64,000 nucleotides of DNA from an uncultured Gemmatimonadaceae bacterium. GTDB taxonomy: Bacteria; Gemmatimonadota; Gemmatimonadetes; Gemmatimonadales; Gemmatimonadaceae. The notes beneath the pieces were generated by a model. That model did not search any database. It was not told the origin of the DNA and worked only from the letters and a program-made list of their open reading frames with translations. The stretch is taken from the NCBI GenBank assembly GCA_963761305.1, contig CAVXGK010000002.1, positions 2,944,001 to 3,008,000 of the forward strand, given 5' to 3'. A program made the translations under genes and the position numbers. Of this stretch, positions 10,649-20,600 are shown in pieces (position 1 is the stretch's first letter; every line of letters starts with the position of its first letter).

Positions 10649-11269
10649 CTAGTCCGGCTTCTTCGCTCCGCGCTGCGGCGCCGGCTTCGTATTGGAAGGC
10701 GGCGTCGCGGTCGAGGGCGACATGCCGGGCATCGTCGCGCCCGGCGGCATCGCGGCCTGCGCGGAATCAGGCAACGTCGGCACGTCGGACAGATGCTCCT
10801 GCACGACGTACCAGCGTGAGCCGCGCTTCTCGAACGCGGCCGTCCACGCGCCGGCGATCACATGCGGCTGGTTCCGCGGCGTGAGATGCGGAATGTGGTA
10901 CGTCGCCGTCATGACCGCCGCGTTGGGAGCGAGAACGTCCACGACCATTTCGTCCCAGACCCACTGCGGTTGGCGCATGTTCACGCCGACATTGTCCCAG
11001 AACGCCTTGATGCCCATCGCAAGCGTGTCTCGAGAAGTGATCATTCGCCCCGCCGACGCGGAAACGATGGGGCCGGCCGGCGGATAGAGACTCAGCATCC
11101 GCTGGGCGACGTCGGGTTTGGACAGGTCGTACGCCGCCCTCACCTGGCGGGCGAGCGAGTCGGCGATGGCTCGGCGGTCGCCCGACGAGAGCGTCGACGA
11201 GTCGCACGCCGTGATCGCCGCCGATAGGCAAGCCGCCGCGAGGATTCGGAACGAAGTTGTGCGTCGCAT
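10649..11269 (-). CDS. NTF2/SnoaL-like (DUF4440-type) lipoprotein
   Basis: Lipobox-like AITAC; VDVLAPNAAV, WTAAFEKRGSRWYVVQEHLS. Confidence 0.75.
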   Translation of the reverse strand: MRRTTSFRILAAACLSAAITACDSSTLSSGDRRAIADSLARQVRAAYDLSKPDVAQRMLSLYPPAGPIVSASAGRMITSRDTLAMGIKAFWDNVGVNMRQPQWVWDEMVVDVLAPNAAVMTATYHIPHLTPRNQPHVIAGAWTAAFEKRGSRWYVVQEHLSDVPTLPDSAQAAMPPGATMPGMSPSTATPPSNTKPAPQRGAKKPD

Positions 11270-11492
11270 GTGGTTGAGTACCCGCCTGAGGTGGCGACGG
11301 CCACGCTCAACCGACACCGGAATCCGGCGAAACACCCACGAAACACCGATGAGAACGCGGAGCCGGCGCGAACATATCGGACTCGAGTCGTAGGGGACAG
11401 CTGTGCCCCGCGTGTCCTCGGACTGGGACGGGGTGCGTCCTGCGAGAGAGACGGAGCTCGGCACGTAAGTTTCTCTTTCGACCGTTTACAAT

Positions 11493-11507
11493 TGGCGCGT
11501 GGTGTGC
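11493..11507 (+). promoter_or_regulatory. Possible sigma54 promoter
   Basis: TGGCGCG-N4-GTGC (GG-N10-GC), about 60 bp upstream of the CDS at 11570, with an AT-rich patch upstream. Confidence 0.35.
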
Positions 11508-11569
11508 CATTGTCAGAGTTCGACCATCGCGCGCGCGACGCGCGAGTCGTCCCGCCCTGGGGGGCTACG

Positions 11570-12178
11570 ATGCGAAAACTCGTGTCATTGGCGCTCGGAT
11601 CGACCGCGATCGTGGCGCTCGCGTGCGGAAAGTCGAAATCGAACGCGACCGCGTTGAACGACGACCTCAAGCGCGACCTGCAGATGGCCACGCAGTCGCA
11701 GGCGATCCAGATCAGTCCGGACGAGATCTCGCCGCGCAGCCATCAGGAGATGGCGCTCAAGCCGAAGGCGGCGCCCAGCGGGCCGCGCACCATCCGCAGC
11801 GACCACCCGACCCGAAAGGCGTCGGTGACACCGGTCCAGGAAGCCAACATCAAGACAGAGCTCCCGCCGGCCCAGGTGATGGCGTCCACGGCGACGGCCG
11901 CCCCGTCGCCGGCGCCCTCGAATGACGCACCGCCGCTCGCACGCCCATCGCCCCTCCCGGCGCCGAGTTATCCGGCCGCCGCCCCGATCGGCGACAACGG
12001 ACCGGGCGGAGTAGGCGCGGTGCTGGGCGGAATCTTTGGTGCGGTGATTCGCGGCGGAGTCATCGACGACGATCACTGCGATCCGCGCCGCGCGCCACGC
12101 ACCGGCAGGCCCATCGGAGGCGACATCCCGACGGGGATTGGCCGTTCGCCGATCTTTGGCGGAGGCCGGCGGTTCTAG
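11570..12178 (+). CDS. Hypothetical Pro-rich lipoprotein
   Basis: MRKLVSLALGSTAIVALAC lipobox; low-complexity Pro/Ala region; C-terminal IRGGVIDDDHCDP. Confidence 0.7.
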   Translation: MRKLVSLALGSTAIVALACGKSKSNATALNDDLKRDLQMATQSQAIQISPDEISPRSHQEMALKPKAAPSGPRTIRSDHPTRKASVTPVQEANIKTELPPAQVMASTATAAPSPAPSNDAPPLARPSPLPAPSYPAAAPIGDNGPGGVGAVLGGIFGAVIRGGVIDDDHCDPRRAPRTGRPIGGDIPTGIGRSPIFGGGRRF

Positions 12179-12201
12179 GCGGGCGGTAGTTCTGGTGTGG
12201 C

Positions 12202-12236
12202 AAACGGGGCTCCCGAGAGGGGGCCCCTTCGTTTTT
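12202..12236 (+). terminator. Intrinsic terminator
   Basis: GGGGCTCCC-GAGA-GGGGGCCCC stem followed by TTCGTTTTT. Confidence 0.75.
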
Positions 12237-12362
12237 GATGCCGTTCGTTCTCCCGGTCGCTGACGCTGACTGCGTACTTGTCTGCGTTTCGCCAAGTGCT
12301 CGAACCCTTTCCCGCCGCCAACTGTCGAATCCGAACGCCCTTCCCTCCCCCCGAGGTCCCTG

Positions 12363-14804
12363 ATGGACGCCCTGCTTCGCGATATCGGCTACAGCTTTCG
12401 GCGACTCAGAAAGAGCCCGGTTTTCACGGCGATCGTCCTCGTCACCTTGGCGCTCGGCATCGGCGCGAACACGGCGATTTTCAGCGTCGTCAACACGGTC
12501 CTTCTTCGGGCGCTTCCCTATCGCGACCCGGGCGCGCTCGTCTCGATCGAGCATTTCTATCCGTCGCTCAACAGTATGGAAGCTCCGGTTTCTGCCGCCG
12601 GCTTCCGCGACTATCGCGACAAGACGAGCAGCTTCGAGTCGGTCGCGGTCGAGACGAATTTTGGCGCGAACCTCACGGCGGCGGGCGGCGATGCCGAGCG
12701 CGTGCCGGGTGAGCGGGTTTCCGGCGATTGGTTCCACGTGTTGGGTGTGGCGCCGCAGGCGGGCCGCGTGATTCAGCGCGATGACGACCAGCCGGGACAC
12801 GAGCACGTCGTGGTCATATCCGACGGACTGTGGACCCGGCTGTTGGCACGTAAACCATCGGCAGTCGGTTCGACCATCGAGCTGAACGGCGAGTCCTACC
12901 AGATCATCGGCGTGATGCCGCCGGAGTTCCGCGCCTTCTACTCTCGCTTGGCGGATCTCTACGTGCCGCTCGCGCTCGCGCCCGCCGCGTTCAACTCGGG
13001 CTACACCAACGAGTACCTCAACTCGGTCGCGCGCCTCAAGAGCGGCGTGCCACTCGAGCGCGGACAGGCGGAGATGAAGATCTTCGCCGAAAACTTGAAA
13101 AAGGCGAATCCGAACAACTTTGCGCCGACCTGGACGCTCAAGGTGCGCAGCCTCGACGACCTGTCGACGGGACGCATTCGTCCGGTGCTGCTCGTGCTGC
13201 TCGGCGCCGTCGGCTTCGTGCTGCTCATCGCCTGCGCCAACGTCGCCAACCTGTTGCTCGCCCGCGCGGCGATCCGCATCAAGGAGATCGCGATTCGCGC
13301 TGCGCTCGGCGCCGACCGCGCGTCGTTGGTTCGGCAGCTCCTCACCGAGAGCATGATGCTGGCGTTGGGCGGCGGCGTGCTCGGACTCGCGCTCGCGCGG
13401 TGGAGCGTGGCGTCGCTCGTCGCGCTCAATCCGACTCTGCCGCGCGCCAACGAGGTCGGCGTCGATTGGCACGTCATGCTGTTCACGCTCGGCCTGTCGA
13501 TCGCCACGGGACTCTTGTTCGGACTGGCGCCGGCGTTGCAGACGTCGCGCACGAATCTTCACGAAACGCTCAAGGACGGGAGCCGCAGCGGAGCAGCCGA
13601 TTTCGCGGGGCGCAGCGTGCGGCGCGGGCTGGTCGTCGCCGAGGTGGCGCTCTCGCTCACGTTGCTCGCCGGCGCCGGCCTCTTGATCAAGAGCGTGGCG
13701 CGCCTCGAAGGCGTCGATCCGGGCTTCGACCCGCACAACGTGCTCGTCTTCAATCTCAATTTGCCGCGCGTGAAGTACGGCACCGACACGGCGCAGATCC
13801 TGTTCATGCAACAGCTCATGCCGCGCCTCAACGCGATCTCCGGCGTGAGGGCGGCCGGAGCGACGTCGGTCATCCCGTTCGGCGGCGGATGGTCCACGGC
13901 CAGCTTCAGCATCGAGGGACTGACCGTCCCGCCGGGGCAGAACGGTCCCTGGGGCGACCTGCGCGTCGTCTCGCCGCGTTTCTTCGACGCCATGCGCATC
14001 CCGCTCAAGAAGGGACGCGTCTTCGACGACAACGACCGGCAAGGCGGACCGCAGGTCGCGATGATCGACGAGCAGTTCGTGAAGAAGTATTTCCCGCACA
14101 CCGATCCGATCGGCAAGCGCATCACGTTCGGCCCGACCAAGCGCGGGGCATCGGATTCGACCTGGATCACGATCGTCGGCGTCGTGGGACACGCGGCGCA
14201 TGAGGGACTCGACGCGGAACCGAGGCTTCAGTACTACTTCCCCACGAGTCAGTCCGGCATCGGGGGCATGACCGTGGCCGTGCGCGCCACCAGCGGGAAT
14301 CCCACCGCGCTGCTCTCCGCGGCGCGCGAGGCGGTGCACTCGATCGACCGCAACTTGCCGCTGTCCGCGGTGAACACGATGGACAAGCTCGTCGAATCGT
14401 CCGTCGGCCAGCGCAAGCTGTCGATGATGTTGCTCGGATTGTTCTCGCTGATCGCCGTCGTGCTCGCGTCGATCGGCATCTACGGCGTGATGAGCTACTC
14501 GGTGACTCAGCGGTCCCGCGAGCTCGGAATTCGCATGGCGCTCGGCGCGGCGCGCTCGCGCGTCCTGGGGCTCGTCGTCGGCCAGGGAATGACGCTCGCC
14601 GCCGTCGGCATCGTGATCGGCCTCGTCGCCGCGTTCGCGCTCACTCGGTTCCTCTCCAACCTGCTGTTCTCGGTCGGCGCCACGGATCCGGGCACGTTCC
14701 TACTCGTCTCGGCGGTGCTGGTCGCGGTCGCGCTGCTGGCGACGCTGATTCCGGCGCTGCGCGCTACGCGCGTCGATCCGGTCGTCGCGCTGCGCGACGA
14801 GTAG
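12363..14804 (+). CDS. ADOP-family duplicated ABC permease
   Basis: LALGIGANTAIFS, LLIACANVANLLLAR, ELGIRMALGA, RVDPVVALRDE. Confidence 0.92.
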   Translation: MDALLRDIGYSFRRLRKSPVFTAIVLVTLALGIGANTAIFSVVNTVLLRALPYRDPGALVSIEHFYPSLNSMEAPVSAAGFRDYRDKTSSFESVAVETNFGANLTAAGGDAERVPGERVSGDWFHVLGVAPQAGRVIQRDDDQPGHEHVVVISDGLWTRLLARKPSAVGSTIELNGESYQIIGVMPPEFRAFYSRLADLYVPLALAPAAFNSGYTNEYLNSVARLKSGVPLERGQAEMKIFAENLKKANPNNFAPTWTLKVRSLDDLSTGRIRPVLLVLLGAVGFVLLIACANVANLLLARAAIRIKEIAIRAALGADRASLVRQLLTESMMLALGGGVLGLALARWSVASLVALNPTLPRANEVGVDWHVMLFTLGLSIATGLLFGLAPALQTSRTNLHETLKDGSRSGAADFAGRSVRRGLVVAEVALSLTLLAGAGLLIKSVARLEGVDPGFDPHNVLVFNLNLPRVKYGTDTAQILFMQQLMPRLNAISGVRAAGATSVIPFGGGWSTASFSIEGLTVPPGQNGPWGDLRVVSPRFFDAMRIPLKKGRVFDDNDRQGGPQVAMIDEQFVKKYFPHTDPIGKRITFGPTKRGASDSTWITIVGVVGHAAHEGLDAEPRLQYYFPTSQSGIGGMTVAVRATSGNPTALLSAAREAVHSIDRNLPLSAVNTMDKLVESSVGQRKLSMMLLGLFSLIAVVLASIGIYGVMSYSVTQRSRELGIRMALGAARSRVLGLVVGQGMTLAAVGIVIGLVAAFALTRFLSNLLFSVGATDPGTFLLVSAVLVAVALLATLIPALRATRVDPVVALRDE

Positions 14805-14873
14805 CGATCGCTGCATGCACGGTTGCGGGATGACGGCCCCGGCGGCAACGTCCGGCTGTCTCCCGCAACCTTC

Positions 14874-16523
14874 ATGACGACACGACGCGATTTTCTGAAA
14901 ACCGCGAGCGGCGCCGCCGCCGCGTTCGCCGCCGCGCCGGCGCTGCATCTTCGCTCGCATGCCGCGGCGGACGTCGTCGTCCGCGGCGGAACGGTCTTCG
15001 ATGGCTCTGGTGCCGCGGGACAAGAGCTCGACGTCGTGATCGCCGGCGGCAAGATCAGCGCGCTGAGTCGTCGCGCCGGCGAACGAGGAGCGGTCGAGAT
15101 CGACGCGCGCGGACGCGCCGTGGCGCCGGGATTCATCGACATCCACTCGCACGGCGACGGATCGCTCTGGGAAGACGCGCGCTCGGAATCGTTGATCCGC
15201 CAAGGCGTGACGACGATCGTCGTCGGACAGGACGGCTCGTCGCGCGCTCCTCGCGCGCACGGCGGCGGCGCCGAGGACGACGCGCGCCATCAGTTCGACG
15301 CGTTTCGCGATCTCTGGTCGGCCCTCGCTCGCGTGCAACCATCGGTCAACGTCGCGTCGATGGTGGGTCTCGGCACGATTCGCGATGTCGTCGTCGGAGG
15401 CGACAATCGGCCGGCGACGGCGAGCGAGCTGGCGCGCATGGAGCAGTTCGTTCGCGCCGCGTTGGCCGACGGCGCATGCGGGGTGTCGACTGGACTCGAG
15501 TACACGCCGGGCGCCTTCGCGCTGCGCGACGAGCTGATCGCGCTGTGCAAACCGCTCGCCGGAACGGGGCTTCCCTATGCGACACACATGCGCAACGAGG
15601 ACGATCACGTCCTCGAGGCCATCGACGAAGCGATCGCCGTGGCGCGCGGCGCGAACTGCGCGCTCCAGATCTCGCACCTCAAGACGCAGGGTCCGCGCAA
15701 CTGGGGCAAGCTCGACGAAGCGTTCGCGCGCGTCGCCGCCGCACGGTCCGCCGGCTGCGACGCGGCGTTCGACCGGTATCCTTACATCGCCTATCAGACC
15801 GGCCTGACGAATCTCTTTCCGGTCTGGAGCCGCGACGGCAGCAACGACGCGTTTCTCGCGCGGCTCGGCGACCTGGCCACGGCCGATCGCATTCGAGCCG
15901 AGACGCTGGCCAAGGTCGAGCTCATCGGCGGCTGGAACAACGTGCTGATCGCCAGCGTCGCGAACGTCGCTGATCGTGCCGCCGAGGGACAACGGCTCGA
16001 CGCGTACGCAGCGAGCCAACACGCCGAGCCGTACGCGACCGCCGTCGCGCTGCTCCAGCGCAACCGCGCGAACGTGGGCATGGTGGGATTCGCGATGAGC
16101 GAAGACAACCTCGCGCGGATTCTCGCCCATCCGCACGGCATGGTGTGCAGCGACGGTGGCGCTTTCGCCATCGACGGGCCGTCGCGACGCGGACATCCGC
16201 ATCCGCGCGGACTCGGCACGTTCCCGCGAGTGCTCGGGCGTTATGTACGCGAGCGAAAGGCGCTCACGCTCGAACAGGCGATCAACAAGATGAGTGCGCT
16301 GCCGGCCTCGCGCGTGCACCTGCGAGATCGCGGCCGGCTCGCCCCGCGCATGGCGGCGGACGTCGTCGTGTTCGACGCGGCGACCGTCATCGACAAGGCG
16401 ACGTACGAGGATCCGTTCCAGTACCCGGTCGGGATCGACGCGGTGATCGTGAACGGCGCGATCGCGCTGCGCGACGGCCAGCGCGGTGCGGCGCACACCG
16501 GTGCGGCCCTGCGGCCGATCTGA
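14874..16523 (+). CDS. Tat-exported N-acyl-D-amino-acid deacylase (amidohydrolase)
   Basis: TRRDFLK Tat motif; PGFIDIHSH, STGLEYTPG, THMRNE, ISHLK, HPRGLGTFPRVLG. Confidence 0.88.
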   Translation: MTTRRDFLKTASGAAAAFAAAPALHLRSHAAADVVVRGGTVFDGSGAAGQELDVVIAGGKISALSRRAGERGAVEIDARGRAVAPGFIDIHSHGDGSLWEDARSESLIRQGVTTIVVGQDGSSRAPRAHGGGAEDDARHQFDAFRDLWSALARVQPSVNVASMVGLGTIRDVVVGGDNRPATASELARMEQFVRAALADGACGVSTGLEYTPGAFALRDELIALCKPLAGTGLPYATHMRNEDDHVLEAIDEAIAVARGANCALQISHLKTQGPRNWGKLDEAFARVAAARSAGCDAAFDRYPYIAYQTGLTNLFPVWSRDGSNDAFLARLGDLATADRIRAETLAKVELIGGWNNVLIASVANVADRAAEGQRLDAYAASQHAEPYATAVALLQRNRANVGMVGFAMSEDNLARILAHPHGMVCSDGGAFAIDGPSRRGHPHPRGLGTFPRVLGRYVRERKALTLEQAINKMSALPASRVHLRDRGRLAPRMAADVVVFDAATVIDKATYEDPFQYPVGIDAVIVNGAIALRDGQRGAAHTGAALRPI

Positions 16524-16532
16524 TTCGCAGAA

Positions 16533-17282
16533 TCAGCCGGAGTACGTGCACCCCGCTTCCTGCGCGCGGTGCACCGCGTAGATCCCCGACGGTTGCAGAA
16601 TGACGCCCGGGATCAAGTTCGCTTTGAGCTCCTCGTAGACCGCGCGATCCTCGCGCTTCGTCTTCTGGGCGATGATCTGCGACATGCCGCGCGTGGCGAG
16701 GTCGCACGCGAGAAGGACGTGACCGTTCTGCGCGAACCACGCCAGGTTGCTCGCCGGCCGGTCGGGCGAATTCGGCCGCACGGTCGAGTCGGTCGGGCTC
16801 ACGCGCTGAGGCGATCCGTACGGATTTCGCACGGCCCATTTGCCCGTGAGGTCGTCTTTCACCTTGCGCTCCTTACCGAGTTCGTATTTCGCCCACATCG
16901 CGTCGTTGAATGCGAGTATGACAGCCGCGTGGCGAATGACGACCACCGCCTGCGCGTCGCTCGGCGCCGCGCCGAGCGCGTCGTATGTGCCTCGCAGCCA
17001 AAGCACCGCGTGCTCGATCGCCAGGCCGTCGTCCACCTCCGGCATGTCGAACACCGCCTTGTGCTTGGCCGTGAGACGCGCGAACCATGAATCATCCCAG
17101 TGCGTCGTCCGCGCCGGCGGTTCCCCTGATCCACTGGGTGCTGGTCCCGGAGTCGGGGCGGGAGCCGTTTGGGGCGCAGCCGCCGGCGTCGCGCAGGCCG
17201 TGCCGGCCAGAACGATCGCCGAGGCCGCGATCTGACCGAGGAATTCGCGCCGGTGCGTCGGCTCGTTGGATCGACTCGACAT
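16533..17282 (-). CDS. Tat-exported (lipo)protein, DsrE-like hypothetical
   Basis: HRREFL, LAGTAC; KHKAVFD, VVIRH, LACDLA, PSGIYAVHRAQEAG. Confidence 0.6.
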   Translation of the reverse strand: MSSRSNEPTHRREFLGQIAASAIVLAGTACATPAAAPQTAPAPTPGPAPSGSGEPPARTTHWDDSWFARLTAKHKAVFDMPEVDDGLAIEHAVLWLRGTYDALGAAPSDAQAVVVIRHAAVILAFNDAMWAKYELGKERKVKDDLTGKWAVRNPYGSPQRVSPTDSTVRPNSPDRPASNLAWFAQNGHVLLACDLATRGMSQIIAQKTKREDRAVYEELKANLIPGVILQPSGIYAVHRAQEAGCTYSG

Positions 17283-17312
17283 GGTTGGGTTGGGGTTGAA
17301 GCGCGTGAAAAG

Positions 17313-18176
17313 CTACGCCAGCCGCCGCACGATCGCGCGCGCAAAACGATCGGCCGATCCCTGAGCCGCCGCGAGAAAGACGTTCGGCTCGATGAGCTCG
17401 AGCTCCATCAAACGGAACGACCGCTCGTCACCGACGCCGTCGACGCGCGCGTAGAGCGGCACCTCGTCGAGCACATCCAGCGAGGCCTTCGCCCGGGCGA
17501 CGATCGCCGGCAGGACATCGACCGGCGCGACGGTTCCACCGTGCTCGGTCTGCACGCGAAAGTCGCCGTGACGCGTGCGCTTGATCGCCGCATGGCTGAA
17601 CACGCCGTCGAAGAAGATGAGCGACAGCTCTCCGTCGGTGGGCACTTCGTCGAGAAACGGCTGCACCAGCACGTCGCCTTGCGCGACGACGCGATCGATC
17701 GCCGCCTGATCGCCGTCGGCGAGCGGCAGACTGAGCGCGTGCGTCTCGTATGCGCTGGCCGAAACGGCCGGCTTCACGACGAACCGCGCCCAACCCTCGG
17801 CGCGAGGCACGTCGATGACATGACGAGATCCCCGCTCGACGATTCGCGTCGGCACGGTTGCCACGCCGCGACTCGCCAGATCCACCAGATACCGCTTGTC
17901 CGAATTCCAACGCACGACCGACGTCGGGCTCCACACTCGGCAGCCGGCCGCGTCGAGATGATCGAGCCACGCCATGAACTCGGCGTGACGCCGGTGATAG
18001 TCCCAGCACGATCGAATCACTACGGCGTCGAACGTCTTCCAATTCACGGACGCATCCGACCACACCGCGGGCGTCGTGCGGACGCCGGCGCGAGCGAGCG
18101 CGGCGGCGAGAAGCCGGTCATCGGCCGCGAGCTCGGGCGCGCCGGCGTACGTGGCGAGCGCGACGAACGCCGCCAC
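17313..18176 (-). CDS. ATP-grasp protein (RimK/glutathione synthetase-like)
   Basis: RSCWDY, WNSDKRYL, VVKPAVSASA, VQPF, DFRVQ..HGG, YARVD, LMELELIEP. Confidence 0.8.
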   Translation of the reverse strand: MAAFVALATYAGAPELAADDRLLAAALARAGVRTTPAVWSDASVNWKTFDAVVIRSCWDYHRRHAEFMAWLDHLDAAGCRVWSPTSVVRWNSDKRYLVDLASRGVATVPTRIVERGSRHVIDVPRAEGWARFVVKPAVSASAYETHALSLPLADGDQAAIDRVVAQGDVLVQPFLDEVPTDGELSLIFFDGVFSHAAIKRTRHGDFRVQTEHGGTVAPVDVLPAIVARAKASLDVLDEVPLYARVDGVGDERSFRLMELELIEPNVFLAAAQGSADRFARAIVRRLA

Positions 18177-19433
18177 CTATTGGCGGCAATTCACGTGCGG
18201 ATTCGTCGGCCGCGGCGCGTCGAGCCGAGGCGCGTGATCCGCGTTCGCCACGAACAGCGCCGCGTCGAACACCATCTGCACGAGCCGAGTGTAGTCCGGA
18301 TAGTCGATATACTGCGACTCGTCCGTCACTTGGTGATAGTCGCGATGCTCGCCGCGCGAGAGCGACACGCTTGGAATGCCGTAGCGCGCGTAGCTGTAGT
18401 GGTCGGCGCGACAGTAGTACTGCAGCGGATGGCCGGGCACGTCGAACTCGTAGTCGAACACGAACGGCTGCGGCTCTTTCGCGTTCACCGATTCCACCCA
18501 GTCGCCGAACTCCTTCGACAACCGGCGCAGGCCGACGACCTCGAGATACGTCGGACCACCGCCCGCGATGTCCGACGCCGCGCCGCGCCCGATCATGTCG
18601 ATGTCGAACTCGGCGACGATCGAATCGATCGGTACCGTCGCGTGATCGGTGTACCACGCCGAGCCGAGCAGTCCCTTCTCTTCCGCCGTGTGCGAGACGA
18701 GGAGAATCGAGCGCCGCGGATGGACACCGCTCTTCGCGAACGCCTCGGCGATCTCGATGAGACCGATCGTGCCGCTCCCGTCGTCGTCGGCGCCATTGTA
18801 GATCGAGTCGAGCCGCGGTGTGTGCAGACGCCGCAGCGAATCGAGAATCGTGCGGATCTGCGCGGCTTCCTCTGGCGACGGCGCATGCACGCGACTGTCG
18901 GCGCCGAGCGGACGGATGACCTGATCGAAGGCGCGGATCGAGTCGTGATCCACCGGCGCGTGGTTGAATCCGACGTGATCGTTGTGTCCGCTGATCGACA
19001 CGTACTCGCCGCGCAGCGCCGGGTCGCTTCCCGGAATGACGGCGATGACGTTTCTGGCCGGTCCGCGCGGTGCCTGCGCGTCGCGCACGCGGATGTTGGG
19101 GACGGTCTGGAAGTAGCCGCCGTCTTCACCAGCGGGCTGCAACCCGAGCGCCTGAAACTGCGCCGCGACCCAATCGGTCGCCTTCACGTTCCAGATCGTT
19201 CCCGCTTCGCGGCCCATCATCGTGTCGTGGGCGAACGCGGTGAGGCGCACTTCGAGATCGTGTGCCGTGATCGCGGCCGACGTCGCATACATGGACGCCG
19301 ACGGCATCGGCGCCGCCGGCGTTGGACTTGTCACGGGCGCGTTGGCCGGATGCGCGCACGCTGAGGGCATCGCGAGCACGAGCGCCGTTCCGGCGACGGC
19401 GGTGATTCGCGTCAACGCTTGATTGGGGTGCAT
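18177..19433 (-). CDS. M28-family metallopeptidase, probably a lipoprotein
   Basis: SGHNDH, NGADDDGSG, AEEKGLLGS, DMIG, ADHYSY, DYHQVTD. Confidence 0.9.
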   Translation of the reverse strand: MHPNQALTRITAVAGTALVLAMPSACAHPANAPVTSPTPAAPMPSASMYATSAAITAHDLEVRLTAFAHDTMMGREAGTIWNVKATDWVAAQFQALGLQPAGEDGGYFQTVPNIRVRDAQAPRGPARNVIAVIPGSDPALRGEYVSISGHNDHVGFNHAPVDHDSIRAFDQVIRPLGADSRVHAPSPEEAAQIRTILDSLRRLHTPRLDSIYNGADDDGSGTIGLIEIAEAFAKSGVHPRRSILLVSHTAEEKGLLGSAWYTDHATVPIDSIVAEFDIDMIGRGAASDIAGGGPTYLEVVGLRRLSKEFGDWVESVNAKEPQPFVFDYEFDVPGHPLQYYCRADHYSYARYGIPSVSLSRGEHRDYHQVTDESQYIDYPDYTRLVQMVFDAALFVANADHAPRLDAPRPTNPHVNCRQ

Positions 19434-19576
19434 GTGCGCAAGATCGCGTTTGCGTGAAGCCGCGGGCAAGCTCTGTAGTCAGACCGCGCGAAACCTTACA
19501 GATATTTCGGCGTACGAATCGGCGGCGCACGCTTCGTTGTTGACCCGCCGCCGGACGTCCCGCCTCCTCCCTGGTC

Positions 19577-20587
19577 ATGAGAAGCCTCCGAGCCGCCATT
19601 TCCTCATTTGCCCTGGTCGCCGCCCACTCGCTGTCGGCGCAGGTTCTCGATCTCACGGTCCACGACGTGGGCCTGGCCATCGGCGACAAGCCGACGATGA
19701 CCGGGCTACGGCTCAATTTCCGCGACGGTCAACTCGAGCGGATCACCGGCGCGAACGTCACCATCTGGGGGCCGTACAAACCGGTGCACGGCGTGGTGCA
19801 GGGACTCGCGCTTGGCATCCCGGTCACCGGCGCGAACCGAATCGACGGTTTCGGCGTCGGGTTGCTCGGCCTGAGCGCCGACAACTCGATCACGGGGCTG
19901 GGCGTTGCCGGCCTCGGTCTTGGGTCGGGCGGCGATCTGCACGGCATCATGCTGGGCGGCATCGGCGTCGGCTCCGGCGGCAGCGTCGAGGGCATCACGC
20001 TGGGAGGAATCGGCGTGGGAGCCGGCGGCCGACTGCGCGGATTTCAGGCCGGCGGAATCGGCGTCGGCTCCGGCGGCAACGTGAGCGGAATCAGTCTTGG
20101 CGGCGTCGGTGTCGGCGCGGGCGGAAATCTGACCGGTCTCGCCATCGGAGGTGTCGGGGTCGGCGGCGGCGGTGATTTCAAGGGAGTGGCCGTCGGCGGA
20201 GTCGGCCTCGGCGTGGGCGGCGACGCAACCGGGATCATGATCGGCGGCATTGGCGTCGGCGCCGGCGGAAAGTTGAAGGGGCTGACGATCGGCGGCATCG
20301 GCGTCGGCGCGCCGGCGATCAGCGGCGTCGTGCTGTCGCCCGTCGCGGCCGGCGGCCTCAACGTTCACGCGATCGTCGTGAGCGGACTCTATTTCAAGAT
20401 CGAAGACGCCGGCCGATTCGACGGCGGCGCGGTCAGCGCGATCTCATACATCCAGGGTGCCCAGCACGGCCTGACGATCGGTCTGTTCAACTACGCGCGC
20501 GAGCTCCACGGCGCACAGATCGGACTCCTCAACATCTCCGACAACGACGGGCACCGCCACGTGATTCCGATTCTCAGCATTCGCTGA
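19577..20587 (+). CDS. Secreted Gly-rich repeat protein (LA_2272-like surface repeat, predicted beta-solenoid)
   Basis: Signal peptide; about 9 tandem 16-aa units GxxxGGxGxGxGGxxx; C-terminal GLTIGLFNYARELHGAQIGLLN. Confidence 0.75.
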   Translation: MRSLRAAISSFALVAAHSLSAQVLDLTVHDVGLAIGDKPTMTGLRLNFRDGQLERITGANVTIWGPYKPVHGVVQGLALGIPVTGANRIDGFGVGLLGLSADNSITGLGVAGLGLGSGGDLHGIMLGGIGVGSGGSVEGITLGGIGVGAGGRLRGFQAGGIGVGSGGNVSGISLGGVGVGAGGNLTGLAIGGVGVGGGGDFKGVAVGGVGLGVGGDATGIMIGGIGVGAGGKLKGLTIGGIGVGAPAISGVVLSPVAAGGLNVHAIVVSGLYFKIEDAGRFDGGAVSAISYIQGAQHGLTIGLFNYARELHGAQIGLLNISDNDGHRHVIPILSIR

Positions 20588-20600
20588 GCGCGCGTCACCG

